From contig NC_043018.1 in assembly GCF_006345805.1 (NCBI RefSeq), positions 12,400,001 through 12,464,000 of the forward strand: DNA of 64,000 bases, in the 5' to 3' direction. The translations under genes and the position numbers were made by a program. Positions 1 to 13,800 of this stretch are shown here, piece after piece. The notes under the pieces were generated by a model, which had not been told where the DNA came from, did not search any database, and was given only the letters and a program-made list of their open reading frames with translations. The number at the start of each line of letters is the position of its first letter. The stretch's first letter is position 1. The stretch comes from Octopus sinensis. Its lineage: Eukaryota.

Positions 1-2285
1 TGTTCTCAAATTCAACTTTGCTTTCATCCTTTCATCATCCTGAGATGTGGATGTCATACAGTAACTGAGTTGAACACCGGGGTTGTTGCAATTAATTACA
101 AACCCTCTTGTAACCTAAAACAGGTGGGCCTTCGACCTATGTTCCAAATCATTATTATTATTACTATTTTTATAGAGCAGTAAGTCAAGAGAAGAGGTTT
201 GCGCCATAAATGAAATGCCTTGTGGCATTTAGTCACCTTGTATCATTAAAATAATGTACCTTATTGGATACTAGGATGGATACAGTTGGAGCTAAACCTC
301 AAGATTTATGGCCTACAGGCATCAAATTGGAAAAATTGTTTGCACATCAAACAAAATATCATGTAGCATGTTCCAGCTCTTTACATCCTGGGTTCAAATC
401 CCACCAAGATCAACTTTCTTTTTATCCTTCTGATGTAAATAAAACAAAGCACCAGTCAAGTATTAGGGGTGGTATTGATTATTCCCCTCCCTGTAAAATT
501 TCAGGCTTTGGGCCTATGTTAGAAACATTAATATTACCAGAGTACAGAATCTGTAAAGGCCTGGCCGAAATACCATTGGGCTATTTTCTGTTCTTGGTTT
601 CAAGTCTCACTTGTGTTCACGTTGCTTTTCATTTCTGAGAATTATATAAGCTTCAATAATTTACCAATACTTATTACTCCTCCTATCTCACATTTTCACC
701 TGCATCCAGACTAGAATTGATCCAATTAACTATGCTCTCTGACTTACCTTTAGAAATTTAGCCATGGTCTTAAACTATAAAATCAAATCATTATTATTAT
801 TAATGTTATATGGTTTTTAGGGAGGCTTTTAGGTTTTGGCCAATGTGGGGAGGGGACTTGGCAAAATCCATTGCGTTATCTGTTTTGGCTCTTTATCAAC
901 TCTTCAAGAGTTGATAAAATTAATATTAGGGTACTTGTAATTCAGGGTCATGCTTCTATTATCCTAATAGATGTCTTCACACAAACACACACACACACAC
1001 ACATATAGATATATTTCAAAACTCAACCAAGTGAAGAATGGAAGCTGAGCTTTCCCACCATGACCATCTGTTTTGCATTTCTGTTTCTTCAGAGTTGTTG
1101 AATGCAAGTCTTTTGCAGTTGAATAAAACAGAAGATGGCAACACAAAGATTCAGAGTAAAAGTAGTGGGAAGTTGCAATGTTGAATATATATATATATAT
1201 ATATAAATGGAGAGAGAGAGACTGATAAAATCAATTTTAGACTGAAATAAGTACTGGGGTTGATATGGCAACTGAAACTTTTGAAAATTGTGCTCCAAAT
1301 GACTTGAGTCCAATAACTTTATAAGAGTAAAATACACAACACACACACACACACACACACACACAGAAGTATTGGGCTTTTTCCCCCATTTGTAAATAAT
1401 TCTGTATGTATGTGTGCTTATAATACTGGACCAAAACTAGTTACCCTTTCTTAGGGCAGGGTCTTTTCAAATTCCCTTATAAAATTTTTCCCAGGCTGTC
1501 GTCCTTCAATTTAACATGTCTAGCTTTTCGCTCATATGTCTGCCCCACCTCCCTTTCTTGGAGTCTCATTCCACAGGCAATTGTCCTATGTCCACCTGGA
1601 CAGAATTTTATATATCTAGAAAGTTCCGTGCTCTTTCCCCTGCCTTCAAACTTCACACTGTGAACAAAACACAAATCAATCAATCAATCAATCTATAAAA
1701 TAATGAAATGCATTTTGTGTTTTAATTTTTATTTTATATTTACAGTTTATATTTCTTCTTGTACAATGTATTCTAAATTAGTTTTGGAGGTCATTTCCCC
1801 CGATAAAGGTTTTGGGAACAAAGCACAAAATTTCTTTTGGTTTTTTTTTTCTCCTTTTTTTTTGGGGGGGGGGGGAGAGAAACTGTTGAAACAGCAGAGA
1901 TGTGTATCTTGTTGAAGTTGAAGGCCAATCTAGAAAGCCATGTTGAGAGGAAGGCCCGGGGTAGACGTCTGTACATAGACAGGCCTGTGTTACTGGATGT
2001 GTAGCTGTGTGTAGGATGTGTATGTACATATATCTATATGTATGTATGTATATTTGTTTGTGTGTGTGTGTATATATGTATATGTGTATACATATATGTA
2101 TATGTTTATGTATGTGTGTATTTGTATATGTGTGTGTATATATATACATATATATATGATTATATAAATATATGTATATGTGTATATATTATATTTTTAT
2201 ACTTGTACAATATATATATTTATATATTTTACATGTATGCATATGTATAAATATATGTATGTATATATATGTATGTCTGTGTGTG

Positions 2286-2316
<31 letters not shown>

Positions 2317-2436
2317 ACATAGAGATCTATGCATACATATATATATACATACCTACACACAGATCTATGCATATATATATGCATACATATATATATATAT
2401 ATGATGTATGTATCTATGTGTGTGAGTTCTTCTTTC

Positions 2437-2467
<31 letters not shown>

Positions 2468-3132
2468 TGATGTCTTCATCCTCAACATGGCAAAATGTAT
2501 CAACTGTAAATTTAAGAAATTATGAGAGGGATTTTAAAAATTATAATTGCTTTAAATTAAAATGTAATGATTTAAAATATATAATTAAAAAAAAGAAAAA
2601 AACTTCATATATCTGTCCCCCACCCCTCAAAAGAAGAAAAATGATTTCCCTCCAAAAATGTTGATATTAGTGCACCAACTGCAGAATTAGTGCACAAACT
2701 GCAGAATACTGTTTTATTTGAAAAGAATTCTAAACTTATAGTTTTTTAGGTGAAAAATAAAAATGTTAAAAAGCAAAAAAAAAATAATAAATAATAATAA
2801 TAACGACCTATGAATTGAAATAAAGGTTAATTGTCCTTGACATTGGTTTGTTGACATTGGTTTGTTGACATTGAATTTGTCAACTAGAAAAATTGACTTA
2901 ACTCATTCAGACTTGTAAATTTATTTTCATGTTAAAAATTGTCATTTATGCTATGTCACCTTCATTCTGAGAATAAAATATTAAAAAAAAATACCAGCAA
3001 TCATCAAAATGTAACTTTTTTTGTTATTGTTGTTGTTATTTCTATTATTGTTGCTGTTGTTGTTTCTTTCTATTGCTTTTTAGTGCCAATGATGAAACAT
3101 GGATACTGAAAAGCTAACAAACCTGCACATAT

Positions 3133-3280
3133 GGCACAGGAGTGGCTTGCTTACCAACCACATGGTTCTGGGTTCAGTCCCACAGCATGGCACCTTGGTC
3201 AAGTGTCTTCTACTATAGTCTCGGGCCGACCAAAGCCTTGTGAGTGGATTTGGTAGACAGAAACTGTAAGAAGCCTGTCG

Positions 3281-3311
<31 letters not shown>

Positions 3312-3511
3312 ATATGTTTGTGTGTGTTTGTCCCCCAACATCGCTTGACAATCGGTGCTGGTGTGTTTACATCCCCATAACTTAGCGGTTCGGCAAAAGA
3401 GATCAATAGAATAAGTACTAGGCTTACAAAGAATAAGTCCTGGGGTTGATTTGCTTGACTAAAGGCAGTGCTCCAGCATGGTGCAGTCAAATGACTGAAA
3501 CAAGTAAAGAG
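3133..3511 (+). mobile_element. SINE family B copy (…GTGGATTTGGTAGACAGAAACTG…(TA/TG)n…GACTGAAACAAGTAAA)
   Basis: Same body recurs many times in both orientations (e.g. 7989-8440 +, 50569-50850 +, 50980-51410 -, 37215-37385 -, 35460-35640 -, 30960-31120 +). Boundaries approximate. Confidence 0.8.
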
Positions 3512-4439
3512 TATCTCATCAAGAATCCGCCAGCAAGTGGTTAGCCTATCCCCTCCCACAGGACCTATGAGAGCACAATAGCAGTGAAGGAAGTTGAGGG
3601 TGGTTAAAGGGTCCATATCTAATTTGGGGCCAAGACATTGTGTGCGGATGAACTGCTGTAGAGAGTTACTCTCAACAGTTTAGTTCATGTAAAAACATGT
3701 CCAGCTATGGGGGAAATAATGCCTTGATTGGAAACAAGCCAGGGTTGGTGAGAGGAAGAGCATCCAACCACAGAAAATCTGCTTCAGTGAATTCCATCTG
3801 ACGTCATGCAAGTACGGAAAAGTGGATGCTAAAACAAGATGCTGGTGGTCATCACGACGACGATGACGACAACAACGATTACACTGATGATGATGATGAT
3901 GATGATGATGTTTAAATGAGCTGTGACATTTCCGGTGACTATTTTCTGTTAGACAAAAGTAAAAGTCAAGCTGAGATCAACTTAATAACATTGTCCCCAT
4001 GCCAATATGAATAGGATTTGACCAGTCAGTACTGGCTGACTTATTTATGGCTAAGGCAGCAATTTCAGAGAAGAGCAAGTTTTCCCACCAAATGGGTTCT
4101 AGAAACTTTGGTTATTTAAAGGAAAGAAAATTCAACTTAAATAAAAGCTATCCCTAACAACTACTGGACATTGAGAACAACTAGAAAAGAAGACAGGACT
4201 AACAAATATACTAAACATGCATTGGTGGTTTCGTTAATGAATACTTTAGTGTTCAAATCATGCCACGGTCGACTTTGCCTTTCACCCTCCAGGGTCAAGA
4301 AAATAAAGTACTATCTCAGGGTTGATAGTATTCGTTAAACCCCTGCCCTCAAAATTGCTGACCATTTGCCTAAATTAGAAAACTTTACAGAATACTTCAG
4401 TTGTTTATTGTTACCCAATAAATGTAAACTTAAAATTTT

Positions 4440-4700
4440 AAAATCACCCTTAAATTTCATATTGATTATGAATAATGTCATTGAATTTCTTCATGAAAGT
4501 AAAATTTCTAGAATTATCTGTAGGGTATGTGGTGAGGTGATGGTGATCAAAGATCGTAAGCTTTTGATGGTAATGCAGAAACTTAATAGAAATAGAAACA
4601 GACATAATTGGTTGTGCAACTGCATAAAAGTATTGGACAATGGAAGTTTTATATCTGTTGGTTTTACAAGTATTTTATTCACTTCAGAATAATCACAAAA
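4440..4700 (+). mobile_element. Possible degenerate Merlin/IS1595-like transposase N-terminal (zinc-ribbon) remnant
   Basis: Translation NVIEFLHESKISRIICRVCGEVMVIK…WLCNCIKVLDNGSF resembles the CxxC…M…WxC…GSF N-terminus of Merlin transposases. No catalytic domain seen. Confidence 0.35.
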
Positions 4701-6376
4701 AATTTCATTTTTTAATTCTTTTTGTTTCAATTCCTAAAGTTCGTCCAACTTTTAACTGCCTTCTGAGAAAGTTCTCTGAAATCACTTATAAATTGCACGT
4801 CTATGAAATTTTACTGTGTAATCAAATTTTCTTCAAATCGCATCCACTGTCTTAAATAAAAATGGAGACACACTTTGGATAATGTGGTTTTAAATAAACT
4901 CAGGTTGGTAATAGCTGAAAAGATTTTATTAGGTTGAATTGTGGTTGAACAACCTACATTTTGAGAAGTGGGTAGAATAAAGACCCCCTCGGGTCATGAA
5001 TGATCATGGGATTGCACCGAGAAAGTTTCCTTTTGAGGCACAAGTCTGGACAAGTTTGTTTATGTAAGGCCAGCAGTCACCCATGCATACCAGACTCCCC
5101 TCCTCTCCATGCCACTGATGTTATCCAATGGAAAAGCAAAGGCTGATTCAGTTTGGTACCAGTGATGTTGCAACTCAATTCTGCAGCTGAGTGAACATAA
5201 AACAGAGTGTCTTACTCAAGAACACAACACAGCTCAGTTTGAGAATTGAACTCACTACCTTGTGATTGTGAGCCCAATGCTCTTACCACTGAGTCATGCA
5301 TCTTCACAGGTAGAGAAGAGAGAGAAAGTATGTTGTTAGAAAATTCATTGTCAGAAAGCGTTAAAAAAAGAGAGAAAAGGCAGAATATTGAAGGTTACAG
5401 CACATAAAGAGGAGAAAGGGTCTTAATAAAAGTTAGAAATTCACAGAAGAGGAGGAAAATGTGCTGGTAAAAAGATCATACTCAGAATAAAGAGGGGAGA
5501 AAAGTGGAGAAGATTTTGATAGAAAGTTGATGACACAGAATAAGGGTTGGTAGGAAATTGAATTTATAAAGAACAAAATATGGAGGAGAGGGTTTCAAAG
5601 GATATACTGTGGAAGTAAATGAGTTCTAGGAATCTTATCTTGGAGACAGATTGACAATTTAGATATGGATGCAAGTAGACAGAGTTCTTGTTGAGCCAAA
5701 GGTCAGTAAAGATTAAACAGAGGACTTCTAATGGAAGGGATTCCAGCCAAATTATTTTTTACTGATACACCATATAAAGTGTATCCATTCATCTTCTATA
5801 CTGAAATAACTTGGCTATGTGAACTGTTGTTTACACAAACAATAGCCTCTACAGACGATCTTCCCTTTAGCTATACAAACAATTTCCTCGTTGGCTATGG
5901 AGGAAATAATACTCTGTTGGCTACATAATTATTTCGTTGTGTGAAAGTATATTTTAATGAAATAGAAATTAATCACAATTTGTATGCTAGCGTCCACTCT
6001 GTTCACCTGCAACATGCATCCCTGAGTACATTTCACCCAAAAATAGAATCATTGAGCACCAGACAAACTATAGAATTTGATTCGTTCAGGATCCAAATCC
6101 TGTTGAGATTATTACATTTACGTTTGATTCTTTCAAAGGCTGATAAAATGGATTATCAATTTAGGGCAGTGGACTGGCAGAATGATTAAAGCATTTAGAC
6201 TGTTAAGAAAATTTCATGACAAGGACATTTGTCAAAGAAGTCTCCAATCATCATTTGTTGACCTGGTGGCACAAGAAAGTGGGGAGGAATTCATTATCGA
6301 AAGTTTTGTGTTGTATTTGAATATCCCATGTACATGTACTTATGTTAGTGTAGCACGCATGCACGCACGCACGCAC

Positions 6377-6418
<42 letters not shown>

Positions 6419-6773
6419 GTTGAATTGTGTTAAATGAATGAGAGAGAAGTGTCCAAACCCTGTTACAGTGATTGTGATTTATTGAAACTAAATGTTTTTC
6501 TTGCAATTTGAGTGACATGCTACTGCAATCTTCAGGTGATCTTACTCTTCTAAATATTGCAGTGGCGTGTGAAACTCAGATCGTGAGATAAAGATTCAAT
6601 ATTGTTTCAATAAACCTTACATGTGTGTGTGTGTGTAAAGATATACATCTATATCTGTCTATCTATCTATTTATATATACATACATATATATATAGATAG
6701 ATAGAGAGAGAGATAAAACAGTAAGATAACAAAAGAAAAAAGAGACCTTGATATTATGTAAATAAAGGAATTT

Positions 6774-7304
6774 ATCTGTAAATGTAATATGTGACAGTTA
6801 TTCGGTAGCCAAGATAAAACTCCGAGTTTCAGATGCCGAGGTGGAAATCCACGCCACCATCTCTTCAGTTAGCCGGCCATCGGAAAAACGCTATGAAAAA
6901 TGACCGGGAAATTACTGTGTTGTTGACCGCTAATTTAGACAAAAGCGCAATTCGAATGACCGCTAAGTAAGGTAAGGGGGTAAAAAGTTCGTAGCATTCG
7001 CGTAAGCGCACCTGTTCATACCTACACAAGTGCGCCCGCACACCCACGTGCGTACGCATACATTCATCCACCCTCACAACAAAAACGTACACATCCTCAC
7101 TCACATCCTTCGCCAAATGTATATGCATATACATACAAAGCCACACACACACACTCAAAGTAAAAGTTCATAATACGTCTACATACGCACAAACACAAGA
7201 AAAAACAGAGTTAAGGGTAACAATACAGAAAAAAGACATAAGGGAGTATCCAAAGAGTAAACCACGTTTATATACGCACATACCCTTATGCACGCCCATA
7301 TACA

Positions 7305-7383
<79 letters not shown>

Positions 7384-7848
7384 GAAAATGTGTAAAAACA
7401 CTGAGTAAAATACGTCTATATACGCAGATGCACACAACTATATACACACATACCCGCACACACGTACACAAAGGATTCCATATACACGTGTATATATGCA
7501 CAGGGATAAGTGCAGGGTGGAAGGTAGAGTACAGAAAAAATTGTGTAAAAAATTATATCTATAAACCAAATTCTCTATAATATGTAAGAAATATATGTAT
7601 AAAAAATATAAATAAAATAAAAGTTAAAGGTATAATGAGATAAAAAAAACTTGTACGTGGTCACAATATAGAAAGCAAGTTCTATCTGTAGTCTCGGGGG
7701 GACCAAAAACGTAACAGTCATTTTTTCATAGCGTTTTTCCGATGGCCGGCTAACTGAAGAGATGGTGGCGTGGATTTCCACCTCGGCATCCGAAACTCGG
7801 AGTTTTATCTTGGCTACCGAATAATTGTCACATATTACATTTACAGAT
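6774..7848. mobile_element. Non-autonomous DNA transposon-like element with ~130-bp terminal inverted repeats
   Basis: 6774-6904 is the near-perfect reverse complement of 7717-7848. The interior is non-coding with microsatellites. A partial copy of the arm lies at ~42495-42590. Confidence 0.8.
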
Positions 7849-7988
7849 ATATATATATATATTGTATTTCAGGATAGTCATTTTTTTTTAGAAAAATAGA
7901 AAAAAAAACAGAAAAAAATGACCCTCCCAAAATAGAACAATATCTGTTTCGACAGATGATTTCACATCATGAACCTTGCAACACAAAA

Positions 7989-8172
7989 GAGTGGCTGTGT
8001 GGTAAGTAGCTTGCTTACCAACCCTATGGTTCCGGGTTCAGTCCCACTGCGTGGCACCTTGGGCAAGTGTTTTCTACTATAGCTTCGGGCCGATCAAAGC
8101 CTTGTGAGTGGATTTGGTAGACAGAAACTGGAAGAAGCCCGTCGTTTATGAGTGTGTGTGTGTGTATGTATG

Positions 8173-8228
<56 letters not shown>

Positions 8229-8440
8229 GTGTGTCTGTGTTTGTCCCCCTTCCACCATCGCTTGACAGCCGGTGTTGGTGTGTTTACGTCCCGTAACTTA
8301 GCGGTTCAGCAAAAGGACCCGATAGAATAAGTACTAGGACTTACAGAGAATAAGTCCTGAGGTCAATTTGTTCGACTAAAGTCAGTGCTCCGGCATGGCC
8401 GCAGTCATATGACTGAAACAAATAAAAGAATAAAAGAATA
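7989..8440 (+). mobile_element. SINE family B, near full-length copy
   Basis: Head GTGGCTGTGTGGTAAGTAGCTTGCTT…GGTTCAGTCCC, internal (TA)/(TG) tract, tail GACTGAAACAAATAAAAGAATAAAAG. Confidence 0.8.
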
Positions 8441-8797
8441 TATACACATATATATATTTCTTTTCTTCATCATCCACTCAAATACTTTTGTTCCAATTAA
8501 AAAAAAATTTAGACGACTCAGTCCAGTTATTCCATTCTCCCAAGCATTATTGCATAATAAACCGCATCTAAATGGCGCTGATTGTACTGTTTACTAATTT
8601 AGACCCTAGTATATAACGGGTATTTAAGACTACAGAATTAGCGATCTGACGAAGCCTGTCACCAACGGAACTTTGAAGTCACTATCAAACTTTTCAATGT
8701 AAAAATTAATTTTATTCTATACTGAGATATATAGAGTGCCATTTCATTTATTGCTTGATTAGATTACACACACACACACAAACGCATACATACATAC

Positions 8798-9110
8798 CAG
8801 TGGCGTACGGTGACTTCTGGGGCTGGGCATGCAATGAATTTCTTCCCCCTACCCCCGACAATTTTTCAGTAAAAAACTTTCGTATTCCTACAATGTACAT
8901 ATGGGAGATTCTGAATATGCAATCACCCCCGTATGACCTAGAATAAGCAGGGAATAAAAAATGGCTTTGTAGAGATGAGCCTGAAATAAGTGTATTGTTT
9001 GTATTATTCTTTGCTCTTCGAAACGTCAGTACTTTCTTCTTGTAGCTTGGCAAATGAGGTAAATTCGGTGTTGGTCTCCCACCATTTATAATTATTTTCC
9101 ATCGAAATCT
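8798..9110. mobile_element. Possible hAT transposon remnant
   Basis: Begins CAGTGGCGTAC, a hAT-like end. The minus strand reads FAKLQEESTDVSK, similar to the hAT LxLDESTDVS motif. Heavily degraded. Confidence 0.35.
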
Positions 9111-9303
9111 CTTTTCGAAAAACTATTTCTCAAATATCGTTTATAAGACAAATTTCACTCATTTCGAAAAATGGCTGCTCTTATATAAGAACCCACGTGG
9201 AAGTGTCTGCGTAAATTGGAAGTCAATTTCAACAAAACGGAAAAATAACCTTAGTTAAATTAATTTAAGATTAATTAGCTACTTCTGAAATATGAAATAT
9301 AAT

Positions 9304-9555
9304 ATATTCTGTTGTGTCTGGGGAGAGTCATTTCCTTTTTGTGCCTTATAATGTAACAAACTCACCGCTAAAATTTCCACTTTTTTCTTATTTTTATTTT
9401 CCTAAAATTTTCGTCCAAGACTATTGAAAAGGTTGCAAGACGCAACGAAAATTTTAGGAAAATAAAAATAAGAAAAAAGTGGAAATTTTAGCGGTGTGTG
9501 TGTTACATTATAAGGCACAAAAAGAAAATGACTCTCCCCAGACACAACAGAATAT
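9304..9555. repeat. Foldback/MITE: ~110-bp inverted arms with ~30-bp spacer
   Basis: 9304-9414 (ATATTCTGTTGTGTCTGGGGAGAGTC…AAAATTTTCGT) is the reverse complement of 9444-9555 with few mismatches. Confidence 0.85.
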
Positions 9556-10823
9556 GCTTCAACACACGAACTCATGTAAAGAATCTTGCAAACCAAATCC
9601 AAAAACGAAATATATATATATATAGATTATATTTTTGTTTTCAGAACACTTCAAAAATATAATAATGCAAACAGATGTTTTGGATTAAAAGAATTCAAAC
9701 TTACCGCCAGCTGGCAAACTCAAGAATTATGGGACTGCTTTTGTTCCGGTCAGAAAATGGGACCAGGTTAGCAACAATTCTACACTAACAGAGAAGGGGT
9801 GTCATGCGGTCTTCTCAAAGCATGACATACCACAATGAATTTGTCGAGTCAGTGAGAGAGAGAGAGGAAGTGTCTGTCATGCGGGTCTTCTCAAAGCAGA
9901 AGTAGGAGTCAGTGAGGGAGAGGGAGGGGGAGACGAAATATTTCGAAAACAACTGGACGGATATTCTTTGAAACAAAGAAACTATTTTATATCATCGGAA
10001 ACTATTCCGATGATATGAATAAAGAATCACAGGGCATGCAACACATATCTTGCATACCTGAGAGTGTACGCCCCTGATACATACATACATACATACATAC
10101 ATACATACATACATACATACATACATACGTACATACGTACATACGTACGTACGTACGTACGTATACGTTTGTATCTACATCATGAGAATAGCAGACAGGA
10201 TTTTGATTGAGAGGTTTCTCCATCGTTAGAATGAACCTACCATTAAGTGTCTAATACGTGAAAAACATAAATCTTGGATAATTGTATTTGCATGGAACTG
10301 GCTGCTGTATCACACAAACACACACACTCCTTTATGCATGCATGCCTATATATAATATGCATGTGTGTGTATATGGCATATATATGTTTGCATATATCTA
10401 TGTACGTATATCAGTTCAATTCAAATGCCACTGTGATTGATTTTCTATTTCCATTCCACCTACATCGATAGTTGTCTTTTTTAACCCCATGCCAACCATG
10501 ATTGAGCAGATCTCTGATGAAAGGCATTCCAACCATGACCATCCTCCTCTTAATTTCAGACATAGGCTAAAGTAGTTTTAGATATACCATACGGCCTTCC
10601 CTTTAAAAAGATGATTGGCTTTTCATTTTGCGGATATTTTGTTGCCATCTTTACCAAGTCAGATGGCCGCATAGAGGCTTCCTTTCATCAGTTACGATAT
10701 TTTTATTGTAATTGAAGTTGATAATTTCGTTTGATAAAGGCATGAATGCCGCACATGAGCTCTGTTCCTGGCCAGAAATAAACTAATATTTGTTTTCAGC
10801 ATATTTATTTGACACTGAAATAT

Positions 10824-13800
10824 TTAGAGACCCTTTGAACCAAAATTGAATGTTAACGGTACATTGGAATTCGAAAAAGCATAGCCGCTGTCCTGCTTAA
10901 TTTTCTTCGATTCGGCAGCAATTTTTCTCTGTTCTGTGGTATGAAAAACTTCTTCTAAGTTCTTCCTCTGGTCAGCATTTAAAACCGACGTCAATAGGTG
11001 GTGCCAGTTAGAATCTTGTGTCATGACAATTTCCATGCAGTCTTTGAATATTATATATTCGTCGATGTTGTAGATGTCATTGTCAATGAGTGTTGGGTAA
11101 TTTTCCAGCGCCTTATCGATATCTTCTTCGTCGTCAGAGAAATCATCGTACGCGTTATCACCGTCATCATCATCGTCAACAGGGTGTTCGTCGTCGCTAT
11201 CAAATATCTCATCTTCGTCGCTATCAAGAATATCCAGCTCATCCCGTGCACTGTCGTGATCATTATCTTCGTCCAAATCCACTTCTTGTGCCTTTAAAAT
11301 ATACGATCGTTTTAAACCCTTGAAGAGGGTGAGAATGGACGGTAAAAATTTCCCTCCCAACTCTGTAATTTCTTTGGGCCTTCTGAGAGGTGTGTTAATT
11401 AGAGTACACAAGCCCAAAATGTTTAGTTTCCGGTCATGAACCCCGTGGAAAGTATTAATGTTGTTCAACCATGTCGTCAAGAACTGGGGTATAATTTGAC
11501 CAGATAGATTCGGCAGCTGTATGTCTTGCAATGTACTGAACAGAAGCGCTGGATTGTAACATAAGCCTGCTATACATATCAACAAACACATTGCCCTCAA
11601 TTCTAACGTTTCGATATTTCGTGCCAGTCTCTTCACGGCAAGTTCTATGAGAGAAGGAACTACATGATCAATTTGGCCTTTGTACTGCAACAAAACGACT
11701 TCAATGAGTTTGGCCGCGTGGCACTCGGAATCTTCACCTATCTTTTCAGAAGTCAGAATTGACTTGCACATATTGTAGACAGCTTCCAAGTATTCGGGTT
11801 GAGATAAAAAGGCTGTTGTGTCAACGGTGATGTAATTGTGTAAACAAGGAGCCATATCAATAAAATAATCTAGTGTTTCGGCTCGAAGGGCCTGGTACAG
11901 CATCTTAAATATCTCCCACATATTCGTCGATATTTGGGTTTTTGTGAGATTGTAGATTAAAGAAAACACCTCTTCGTAAAAGTCAATAAGATTTTGTTGC
12001 AAGATTGAAACGACTACATTTAAAACATTGCTTTCTAATTGCGATATTATTTCAATTTTGCCTTTTACAACATCCAAAACTGTATCCATGGTATACAGAA
12101 TACCTAATCCGATGATTACTTTGTCTTCAGAAGTATCAACATTACTGCTGAGCAGTTGATTAAAAGTTTGTTCAAGATGTGTAATTATCTCTAGAGCAAC
12201 AGGAAGTATGTCGTCGGCATACTTGCGTATCAGGCGGCGAAATACGCTGGTTAGCTCATCGTTTTCAGTTTCACGAATTATTCGTAAGACCTCAAATATT
12301 ACTGGTCGAACATGAGGACGCAAAAATTCTCGTGCCTTCTCGTATTTCGTCACTAGCATTTGCAAAGCCATGGCGGCCTCTACACGAACAGGCAGTTCAC
12401 TATCATTGCAGAGACACTCCCTGCTCATTTCTATAGCTCGCAATAAGTTATTATAATTTTTCAACACTGCGCCGTTAAAAAAATCTAGAGTCCAGAAAGC
12501 CCTCGCCCTTAGAAATCCGTGTTGGCTTTGAAATTCTGGAAATAAATGGGTGACAAGAACTGCTTCGATGCGTTCCTTATAAACATCACTTTCTACAAGA
12601 ATATCAGCAACGGTTCCTAGCATATGCATAATACCATCTTTCTCTTGAGGACTCACATCATTTTTGTTAAGAATCGTCATGCAGAAGTTCATTGCTTTTT
12701 CAAGAACCCCGCTTCTTTTGCCAGCTAAAGAATGGAAAAGTCGTCCTGCCGCATCAATCGTAGACATATCAGATAAGTCGAACTTTCTGCGAATATATTC
12801 GTGTGGATCTGAATTCCATAACTCATTGTCTTTTTCACTGTGCCACATCAGTGGAAAAATTACTTTTTGAATAAGGTTGTCAGTATAATTTTTTAGGTAT
12901 TTCCAAGTCGAAGCATAACTAATAGAACGGTTTAAATAGTTTAGAATCAAGCGCAAAACCCTCGGCGCTATATAATTGTTTTCGTCATTGTTGCCTAAAA
13001 TATTAATCAATATAGGTATAACATTTCGTGGGAAAGTTCTCAAATACCACTCGGAAAATTGCTTATATTCTCTATTTACTTTACCAGGACTTCCGTACTT
13101 CTGGAAAGTAAAGGTTAAAATCCTTGCGGCCCATTTTTTGGCTTTCCACCAAGGAAGATCTGGTCTTTTGTCTTCTTCTATATTATGGGCTCCTTCAGGA
13201 ACAGGATTTTGCATAACTTGGCAAGTGACTTCCATCCACTGATTGAACACATTTCTTGAAATTATTTTCAACGACAAATGTTTGCGAACGAATGAATAGA
13301 ATATCTTTAGTATTTGTTTTTGTATTATGCTAGACATAGGGGACGGATCGGGTAGCATCTTTACAAACAAATTGTATATTAAAGGCAGTTCGACACCCAT
13401 TGCCGTGTTAAGAATATCCCTGTCCTTCGGTTTTTTCGACTCGTGTACTTTTACAAGTTGATACAAACTTACCAAAGCACCATTCCACGCCGTATGGTTT
13501 TGTGACAGAATACACGCAGCTATTTTCTCAACGAAAGTCGGCCATCTGTTCGGGTAGTCATGTTTTACGATTATACTTAAAGAGATACTTAACTGGCTGC
13601 GTATTATATCGGGACTGTGTATAATAGCTTCGATGATATGTCGGCGAACCGCTGCTCGGTCTTCTTCACTGATACTAAACAATGTTGTTGCAGAATCAGT
13701 TTCAATCTCGCTATTATCCCAGTATTTTTTCACCAAGTTCTTGAAATAAGACACAGCTGCTTGCTTGACAGTGATTTCTAGATTATCGGACATGACAATA

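Noticed and set aside
264-638. 124-aa ORF
   Set aside because: TTG start, overlaps degraded SINE-A sequence, no domain signature.
1778-2664. Many Y/I/C/V/H/T-rich ORFs here and elsewhere (e.g. 47576, 50344, 63766-63999)
   Set aside because: Artefacts of (TA)n, (TG)n and (CA)n repeats. Their CVCVC strings are not cysteine frameworks.
5700-6330. Coding-like stretch (ORFs 5731, 5941, 6182), perhaps a transposase remnant
   Set aside because: Multiple stops and no motif recognisable with confidence on either strand.
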